This document shows, in pieces, positions 57,825 through 64,000 of a DNA stretch of 64,000 nt (positions are counted from its first letter, which is position 1; every line of letters begins with the position of its first letter). The position numbers and the translations under genes are program-made. A model generated the notes under the pieces. The model had not been told where the DNA came from. It saw only the letters and a program-made list of their open reading frames with translations, and searched no databases. The stretch comes from an uncultured Chloroflexia bacterium (GTDB taxonomy: Bacteria; Chloroflexota; Ktedonobacteria; Ktedonobacterales; JADMIN01): contig CAVQGK010000024.1 of the NCBI GenBank assembly GCA_963712005.1, forward strand, positions 728,600-792,599. The letters are read 5' to 3'.

Positions 57825-58022
57825 TTATAGACTATTTTAATTAGCTCGTCAAGGGTATGCAGTGCCAGTTCTCTAACTGTTGACGCACCGCATTCGGGCA
57901 AATGCGATAACCACACTGAAATTATGAGCCTCCTGGCACGATTGCGCGCTTGGCGGGGCGCGCTCGCGTACCGGGAGGCTTGTTGATCTAGCGTACCTGA
58001 TGGGGCTTTCCGCGGATGCGGC

Positions 58023-58409
58023 CTACGAGCCCGATGCCACCTTCCAGAGGAAACCGTCTGGGTCGCTAAAGTAGCCGAAGTAGCCCCAATTCGTGGCGGC
58101 GGCTTCCTTCACGACGCCCCCTCCAGCTGCCAATGCTTTGCCCATGACCTCGTCCACCGCCTCAGGCGAGGCGACGATGCAGTGGAAAGAGACACTCCGG
58201 AAGCCGGAACCTTCGGCGGAGACGCCCGCATCCTGGGCTGCGGCCTCCCGCTGGTAGAGCGCCATCGACGAAGAGCCGTCACCCAGCGAGAGCTTGACGA
58301 AATGAGGATAGTCCTGCTCGAGCGTGCAGCCCAGACCCTCCGCGTAGAACTGTTTGGAACGGGCGAGATCCTCGACTCCGAGCATGATGGTGGTCACTTG
58401 AAATGACAT
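58023..58409 (-). CDS. VOC/glyoxalase-family protein
   Basis: 128 aa. IMLGVEDLARSKQFYAEGLG...FSDPDGFLWKV. ATG at 58409. Confidence 0.8.
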   Translation of the reverse strand: MSFQVTTIMLGVEDLARSKQFYAEGLGCTLEQDYPHFVKLSLGDGSSSMALYQREAAAQDAGVSAEGSGFRSVSFHCIVASPEAVDEVMGKALAAGGGVVKEAAATNWGYFGYFSDPDGFLWKVASGS

Positions 58410-58541
58410 GGTTGTTTTTCCCTTCTGCGTTTCGACAGTGTTTCGACGGTGTCGTGAGCACCCTACCTGGATGACGAACCGCATCGGCAAAATGTGACCG
58501 CATCACCATTACGCGAACGACGGCGCATGACGCCCAGCGCT

Positions 58542-59087
58542 CTATCCCGCGCTGGGCAAGTCCGGGCCGATATCCACACTGGCTTGCCCGGCGATTGGCG
58601 GCGCCGGATGAGTCGCACTATACGGGTGGCGGCGCATCACCAGGCCCGATTGCGCCAATAGCAACTGATACGCTTCCTCCAACTCGTCGTCGTAGTCATA
58701 CGGCTGGTCGTAGACGACTTCCCGGATGCCCGCCTGCACGGATTCTTTGAGACAGTTAAAGCAGGGGCGTGTGGTCACAAAGAGGCTGGCATGCTCGGTC
58801 GCGGTGCCCTGGCGCGCTGCCAGAGCGATGGCGTTCTGCTCGCCGTGCACGCAGAGGCAATACTCCAGCCCGGCGCCGCTCGGCGCATTGGAGGCGCAGC
58901 GCGGGCAGCCCCCCTCATCGCAATTCTTGACGCCAAACGGGGTGCCGTTATATCCCGTGCTGATAATGCGCTTCTCGATGACGATCAGCGCGCCCACGCT
59001 GCGACGGATACAACTAGAGCGGCTCGCCACCACCCACGCGATGTTAATGTAGTAGTCATCCCACTCGGGGCGTTCTCGTCTGGCCAT
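58542..59087 (-). CDS. dCMP deaminase / ComEB-family deoxycytidylate deaminase
   Basis: WDDYYINIAWVVASRSSC, VHGEQNAI and PCFNCLKE. ATG at 59087. Confidence 0.85.
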   Translation of the reverse strand: MARRERPEWDDYYINIAWVVASRSSCIRRSVGALIVIEKRIISTGYNGTPFGVKNCDEGGCPRCASNAPSGAGLEYCLCVHGEQNAIALAARQGTATEHASLFVTTRPCFNCLKESVQAGIREVVYDQPYDYDDELEEAYQLLLAQSGLVMRRHPYSATHPAPPIAGQASVDIGPDLPSAG

Positions 59088-59509
59088 AGCACACCTCATC
59101 CGCATCTATCGGCGCATTTTCGGACTCCGCTGCATTATATAGCGCCGCGCCGCTTGCGTCATGCCAGAGTGATCGCGTACAATAGCGTGCGGCGAGGCAG
59201 ACAACCGCTAGTTGTCAGCTTGCTCCAAACTGTTTAGCCATGACACTCCTCTTCGTCATGGCGCTGGAAGGAGGGTGACTTTATGAGCATGTCCGCACCT
59301 GCGCGTCATGGTCTGCGCCACCACCTCACCCTCCCCGAGCCGAGAATCGTCGCCGCACGCTGAAGAGCTGCGCGGCGGCCCTGGCGCTGACCCCGAATAC
59401 GCATACCGGCGGGCATCGCTCGTCGCCAACATCCACGTCCCAATGCCACATGGTCGCATTCCGGCCCAGCGCGTGCCGGAAATTACTCAGCGCCAGGAGA
59501 ACAACCGAC

Positions 59510-60580
59510 TTGTCTTCAAAACACCATCTTCGCGCCAGCCCGAAGAGGCGCCTGGCGCAGCCAATACCCCTACGGCGGACCAACTGGCCGAGGGCCTGAT
59601 TGTGGATGGCAGCCGCGGTCTTTACACGTGTCGAGACGCCGGGTGGCGTCCTACGCTGCACCATCCGCGGGCAAGCCTGCGCAAAGAGATGGAATATGGG
59701 TCGAGAGGTGGCGCGGGCCGCCAGGCAAAGCGCGTCACCGTGCGCGATCACGATCCCGTGGCAATCGGCGACCGCGTACGGGTCTTGCCAACCGGTGGCG
59801 ACAGCTGGTGTGATCGAGCAGATCGTCGCGCGGGCAGGCGGTGCGTTCACCCGCCGCGACCCAAACGCGGGCGCGGGCAATCTCCCGTTGACAACCATCG
59901 CGGGGCTGGATCAACTCATCGTCGTCTTTGCCGCGCGCGAGCCTGCGCCACACCTGCGCCTGCTGGACCGCCTGCTCGTGCTCGCCGAGTCACAGAGCAT
60001 CATCGCGTTGATCTGTCTGAACAAAGTGGACCAGCAGCCGAAAGACTGGCTGATCGAGCGATGGAGGTCTATCGCGCGATGGGCTATCCCGTCGGTGATG
60101 ACGAGCGCGGCCACTGGCGCGGGCATCAGTGAGCTACGCGGACGCCTGGCCAGGAGCACACTTCGGCGTTCGTCGGGCCGTCAGGCGTGGGAAAATCAAG
60201 CCTGCTAAACGCCGTACAGCCAGGGCTGGCTCTACGGGTAAGCACGATAGGCGAGACAACCCATAAGGGCCGACATACTACGACGGGCACGCGCCTCGTG
60301 CCGCTGGACGGCCCGCGGTGGCTATATCGCCGATACCGCTGGCATTCGCGCGCTGGCCTTGGGCGCGGCCTCCTTGCGCCAACTCGACACCTGCTTCCGA
60401 GAGTTCGCGCCCTATCTGGGGCAGTGCCGCCTCTCCGACTGCACCCATCTACACGAGCCTGACTGCGCCATTCGCGCGGCGCTAGCGGATGGCACGCTCG
60501 ATGTCGAACGTTACGAGAGCTACGGTAAGCTGTTCGCCGAGGGCAGCGACTCCCCACTATCTCTCGCAGCGCTCGAATGA
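59510..60580 (+). pseudogene. rsgA: ribosome small-subunit-dependent GTPase A, at least 5-6 frameshifts
   Basis: Collinear RsgA fragments are scattered over all three + frames: GLIVDGSRGLYT, GGVLRCTIRG, DPVAIGDRVRV, GVIEQIVARAGGAFTRRDP, NLPLTTIAGLDQLIVVFA, IALICLNKVDQ, VYRAMGYPV, MTSAATGAGISELRGRLA, PSGVGKSSLLNAV, GETTHKGRHTTT, DTAGIRAL and CRLSDCTHLHEPDCAI. The start (TTG at 59510) is tentative. Confidence 0.8.
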
Positions 60581-60584
60581 GATG

Positions 60585-61049
60585 TTAGCGTCTGGCTCGC
60601 TGTCCTGGTTGCCAGAAGAACTGCGCGGTGGCCAGGACAGCGCAGACAATGCCAAGTGCGGCGCTCGGCCAGAAGTTCGGCCCCAACGCAACCGTAGCGG
60701 CCAAAGCCGCGTAGGTCAGCAGGCCAGCGAGCACCCACAGGAAGATCAACGTCGCCAGCGAGAGGGGACCTCCCCGCGCCAGGCTGACGGTGGCAATGCC
60801 GAGCGCGAAGACACCGAGCATGGTGAGAACAGCTACGCCCAATGGCTTCCCTACCTGCTGTAAGAAGCCCGTTTGTGTCGTCTGAACTGAGAGGACATTT
60901 CCTCGCGCGTCGAGCGCCGTCCCACGCTGCATAGCGGTCGGCAGCGCCAATGAGGCGATGACGCCAGCCGCACCCAGGACAGCGACGCCCGCGCCGCTAA
61001 CCACTTCCAGCCGTCGCATAATTGACATATCAGCCTGCTCCTTTACCAA
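60585..61049 (-). CDS. small membrane protein (4 TM helices), hypothetical
   Basis: 154-aa hydrophobic ORF. Confidence 0.5.
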   Translation of the reverse strand: MVKEQADMSIMRRLEVVSGAGVAVLGAAGVIASLALPTAMQRGTALDARGNVLSVQTTQTGFLQQVGKPLGVAVLTMLGVFALGIATVSLARGGPLSLATLIFLWVLAGLLTYAALAATVALGPNFWPSAALGIVCAVLATAQFFWQPGQRARR

Positions 61050-61342
61050 AGTATATCACGGTGGATTGGCACTGAATATCCAGTCCCTCGTCCAGCCTGG
61101 CATTATGGCGGGGTGTGTTGAGCGCAGGTAATCCACGCAATGGTTGATAGACATCACACATCGAGTAGTCCAGGCTAGCTGAGCAGTGGGCTAGAATAGG
61201 ATGGGCAGACGTGGACGGTTACTACAGAGTGTGGGGCACGTCACATTGAGTAAGATAGTACTCACAGCCGCTTGTATTGCTGAGTGATGTGAGATATATA
61301 TCTAACAAGAAGTCTGTGCCTTCATCTCTGGAGTTCTCATTC

Positions 61343-63001
61343 ATGCGTCTGCCAAATCGAAGTCGTCCCCTGCTCTCATTCATCCGCGGAACCACGTTTT
61401 CATCGTCTGGGGTCATCTCAAAGCAACCGTCCACATCGAAGGCTACCGCCAGCGTCCGGCTAGCGCGCAGCCTGCCAAAGCATCCACGGTCGCGCCCGTT
61501 CAAGCACAGCATCATCCGGCGTCGCGCGGTTAGCACGCGCATCATCGCTGCCGAGGACACCGCAACAGACATACCCACATCGCCCGACGCGCTCGTCATC
61601 GTCACGCCAGCGAAGTCAATCAAGGCGGCTGACAAGAACGATGCTGAGCTGAAACGGCGTGTCTGGGGGCTGGCGTTGCCCTCCATCGGCGAGCAGCTGC
61701 TCTCGCTCGGCGTCGGCGTCTCCGACACCTTTCTCTCAGGTCACCTCTCCGACCACGCGATACAGGCGCTCGGCTATGGGCGCGCGACGGCGGTGGCCGC
61801 GGTGGGTATCGCCAGCACGGCAGCCTGGATCGTGCTCACCGTCTTTTTCGGCGTCAACATCGGTGTGACGGCGCTGGTGGCGCGGGCCACGGGCGCGCGC
61901 GATGGCCGCCTCGCCTCACGCACCGTCGGCCAGGGTATCTGGCTGGGCGCAATCATCGGCCTGGCCATGATCGGCCTAGCCATTCCTCTGGCGCATGGCA
62001 TCATCGCGCTGCTCGGCGTCTCAGGTATCGAGGCGGACCTGGCAGCCCAATATATTCGCGTCTACAGCCTGACGATGCCCGCCGCGGGCGCGGCCTCCGC
62101 CATGAACGCGGCGATGCGCGGCTCCGGCGACGCGCGGCGTCCATTGATGGTAATGCTGGTCGTCAACGGCGCGAATATCGTCGCCTCGTGGACGCTGATG
62201 AACGGCGTCCCTGCGCTGGGCATTCCGCCGATTGGCGTGGTTGGCTCAGCCATCGGCGCGGCTACAGGGTGGACACTTGGCTGCATCCTCGCGGCCTATT
62301 TGATGACGCGCAAGCATCCACGCGCGCCACTGCTCACCCGCGCCGCCCTGCGTCCTAATTTCGGCATCATGGGGCGTGTGCTGCGGGTTGGAATACCGTC
62401 GGCGGCGGAGCTAGTGGTCTTTCAACTCGGTGTGCTGACCTTCAATCGTGTCGTGATCGGCCTCGGACCGATCACCTATGCCGCCAATGTGACGATCAAT
62501 ACCGTGGATAGCATCGGCACGCTGCCCGGCTTCGGCTTCTCGGTCGCGGCGACGGCGCTGGTGGGGCAGGCGCTCGGCGCGCACGATACCGATCTTGCCG
62601 AGCGCTCGGTCTGGGCGTCACTGCGACCTGCTGTGTTGGTGATGGTCGTCGTCGGCGTCTTCGAGGCGCTGATACCGCGCATGCTACTCGGGGTATTCGT
62701 GGCTGACCCGCCGGTGCTGAACGCGGGCGACATTGCCATGCGGCTCTCGCTGCTCTTGATGCCTGCCTCGGCGTGCAGCTTCGTCTTCAATGGCGCGTTG
62801 CGTGGCGCGGGCGATACTCGCTTCCCGGTGCTGGTGCGCGCCGCTGGCACATGGGGACTGCGCCTGCCGGTGGCCGCGTTGATGATACCACTCTGGGGGC
62901 TGCCCGGCGCACGCCTGGCAATGGGCCTAGACTTCTGGACGCAGGCGGGCCTCTCGTACTGGCGCTTCCGTAGCGGACGCTGGCGCAGAATGCGCGTCTG
63001 A
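61343..63001 (+). CDS. MATE-family efflux transporter with an N-terminal extension of about 100 aa
   Basis: VWGLALPSIGEQLLSLGVGVSDTFLSGHL, ...MRGSGDARRP..., LRGAGDTRFP and 12 TM helices. The start is uncertain (ATG at 61343). Confidence 0.8.
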   Translation: MRLPNRSRPLLSFIRGTTFSSSGVISKQPSTSKATASVRLARSLPKHPRSRPFKHSIIRRRAVSTRIIAAEDTATDIPTSPDALVIVTPAKSIKAADKNDAELKRRVWGLALPSIGEQLLSLGVGVSDTFLSGHLSDHAIQALGYGRATAVAAVGIASTAAWIVLTVFFGVNIGVTALVARATGARDGRLASRTVGQGIWLGAIIGLAMIGLAIPLAHGIIALLGVSGIEADLAAQYIRVYSLTMPAAGAASAMNAAMRGSGDARRPLMVMLVVNGANIVASWTLMNGVPALGIPPIGVVGSAIGAATGWTLGCILAAYLMTRKHPRAPLLTRAALRPNFGIMGRVLRVGIPSAAELVVFQLGVLTFNRVVIGLGPITYAANVTINTVDSIGTLPGFGFSVAATALVGQALGAHDTDLAERSVWASLRPAVLVMVVVGVFEALIPRMLLGVFVADPPVLNAGDIAMRLSLLLMPASACSFVFNGALRGAGDTRFPVLVRAAGTWGLRLPVAALMIPLWGLPGARLAMGLDFWTQAGLSYWRFRSGRWRRMRV

Positions 63002-63206
63002 CACGTGCCTTCGATTCTATAGAAACATGAGTCATCCCGAATTTTCGTGGAGGACCTCGGAGGTGGGTAGGTAGGCAAGCCAGAGACGGCTGAGCGCCGA
63101 GCGCAAGCGGTAGAGCGGAGTCGAGGCATCTCGGCTCCGCTTGCCTGTCCGGTGACACCAGTAGCGTAAGAGCCAGTGACGGAGCGGGACGGGGGCGGCC
63201 ACCAGC

Positions 63207-63258
63207 AAGGACCGTAGGAAGGACCGTAGGAAGGACCGTAGGAAGGACCGTAGGAAGG
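63207..63258. repeat. 12-bp tandem repeat GGACCGTAGGAA, 4.3 copies
   Basis: Perfect copies at 63209-20, 63221-32, 63233-44 and 63245-56. They encode (FLRS)x4 in the transposase frame. Confidence 0.95.
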
Positions 63259-63550
63259 CATCGGCCAGCGTGACGAGGAAGAGGAGTTTTTGGCGGCGCT
63301 CCCAACTCCCCAAGCGCGGACTCTCCAGCGCCAGTTCGCTCTTGCCATAGCGCCAACTCATCTCGATCTGCCCCCGGCGGGCGTAGGCGTAGACGACGCG
63401 CCACGCGTCCTCGGGCATCTGGATCGGCGCGCTGGTCAAGAGATACCACGGTTCCTGGCCACTTCCCCGGCGAGCGACGACCAGCCAGAGGGGCGAAGAT
63501 GGGTGCGGTCATCGGGCAACCAGACCGGTAGCGCCAGCACGCCGGTGCGG

Positions 63551-63599
63551 CGCGGACAGTGGTGGCGCGGACAGTGGTGGCGCGGACAGTGGTGGCGCG
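63551..63599. repeat. 15-bp tandem repeat CGCGGACAGTGGTGG, 3.3 copies
   Basis: Perfect copies at 63551-65, 63566-80 and 63581-95. They encode (RHHCP)x3 on the minus strand. Confidence 0.95.
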
Positions 63600-63612
63600 C
63601 ATCCCAGAGCAG

Positions 63613-63660
63613 GCGGTGCTCCCAGCTGCGGTGCTCCCAGCTGCGGTGCTCCCAGCTGCG
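63613..63660. repeat. 15-bp tandem repeat GCGGTGCTCCCAGCT, 3.2 copies
   Basis: Perfect copies at 63613-27, 63628-42 and 63643-57. They encode (RSWEH)x3 on the minus strand. Confidence 0.95.
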
Positions 63661-63803
63661 CTGACCACGGGCCAGTTCCCAGGCTTTGGCGGGTTGCCAG
63701 CCGGTGCGCGGCCCCAAGCGTTTGGCGCGCCCGGGCCAGCGCAGCACAAAGCGCAGTTGGCGCTCCAGGACGCCTTGCAGCCAGGGCGGGCCGGCGCAGC
63801 CGC

Positions 63804-63865
63804 GATCCCAGGATCCTAGGATCCCAGACAGGGCAGACCCGCTGCCCCCACCGCCCCCACCGCCG
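63804..63865. repeat. additional short duplications: GATCCCAG...GATCCCAG around the palindrome GGATCCTAGGATCC, and CCCCCACCG in 2.3 copies
   Basis: The 14-bp palindrome lies at 63811-24. The 9-bp repeat lies at 63845-53 and 63854-62 and encodes a poly-Gly run. Confidence 0.8.
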
Positions 63866-64000
63866 CGCACCGTGGCGCAAGAGCGCGTATTCCTCGGTCC
63901 GGCGGTCACTCGCGTGCGGGCCGCGAGTGCTCCACCACTCCACCAGCGCATATGAGCCACCGTTGGCGGTCCACTCGCGCCGCTCTGCCCGAGCAGGAGC

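Larger units (their letters stand above)
63032..64000 (-). mobile_element. IS4-family DDE transposase gene (partial, runs off the window; frameshifted near 63495-63510)
   Basis: The C-terminal signature Y-2-R-3-E-6-K lies in YARRGQIEMSWRYGK, and PLWLVVARRGSGQEPWYLLTSAPI lies upstream of it. The upstream part is in another frame (ORF 63436..63960). The IS end presumably lies within 63002-63031, next to the MATE stop. Confidence 0.7.

Noticed and set aside
59260-59510. An SD-led short ORF (ATG 59283, 26 codons) and ORF 59308..60132 upstream of rsgA, as a separate gene
   Set aside because: No family was recognised. The long ORF is mostly an out-of-frame reading of rsgA. The region may be a further degraded fragment or a 5' UTR, so I left it unannotated.
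63436-63510. Programmed -1 frameshift in the transposase
   Set aside because: IS4-family transposases are normally single-ORF, and I saw no slippery heptamer (A AAA AAG-like) at the junction. Given the many other indels in the window, a simple disruption is more likely.
63207-63660. The tandem repeats as a possible CRISPR array
   Set aside because: The units are 12-15 bp and directly abutting, with no spacers. They lie inside, and in frame with, a transposase ORF. No cas genes are present.
1-64000. tRNA, rRNA, tmRNA, RNase P and SRP RNA genes
   Set aside because: I scanned by eye for T-loop GGTTCGAATCC-like motifs, the GAGGAAAGTCC motif of RNase P and the SRP GGAA tetraloop context. I found no convincing match. 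This is a weak negative without covariance models.

Overview
High-GC (roughly 63-65%) bacterial chromosomal segment. The gene content, a T-box leader and Tat-type signals suggest a Terrabacteria or Chloroflexota-like organism, but that is only a guess. I call about 55 protein genes, mostly housekeeping and accessory metabolism. They include rarA, an accC-fabF-accB lipid module, cobU, tex, a CaCA exchanger, a GH3 hydrolase, an ABC-F ATPase, a GT87-like membrane glycosyltransferase, a GS-like/amidohydrolase pair, NfeD-stomatin, rtcB, Mn-SOD, an ECF sigma module, a RumA-like methyltransferase, dCMP deaminase, rsgA and a MATE exporter. A partial IS4-family element lies at the 3' edge. I found no rRNA, tRNA or CRISPR. 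Five points stand out. (1) A B12-binding/radical-SAM gene whose TGA stop is followed in frame by A-E-P, giving a C-U-A-E-P tail. This looks like a selenocysteine-recoded CUAEP-tail radical SAM protein, translationally coupled to a YggX-like gene. (2) A canonical Ala-specific (GCC) T-box leader with its own promoter and terminator, driving a truncated AlaRS of 454 aa with no editing or C-Ala domains. (3) A tandem pair of Tat-anchor, Gly-rich surface-protein paralogs, one intact and one frameshifted. (4) A strikingly non-uniform clustering of frameshifts: at least 8 genes are broken, several of them 3-6 times, while about 32 kb of neighbouring sequence is clean. (5) An IS4 transposase carrying four or five separate in-frame tandem micro-duplications. 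Two putative type II TA pairs and several operator-like palindromes and terminator hairpins are also present. All family assignments come from reading motifs by eye, not from database searches.
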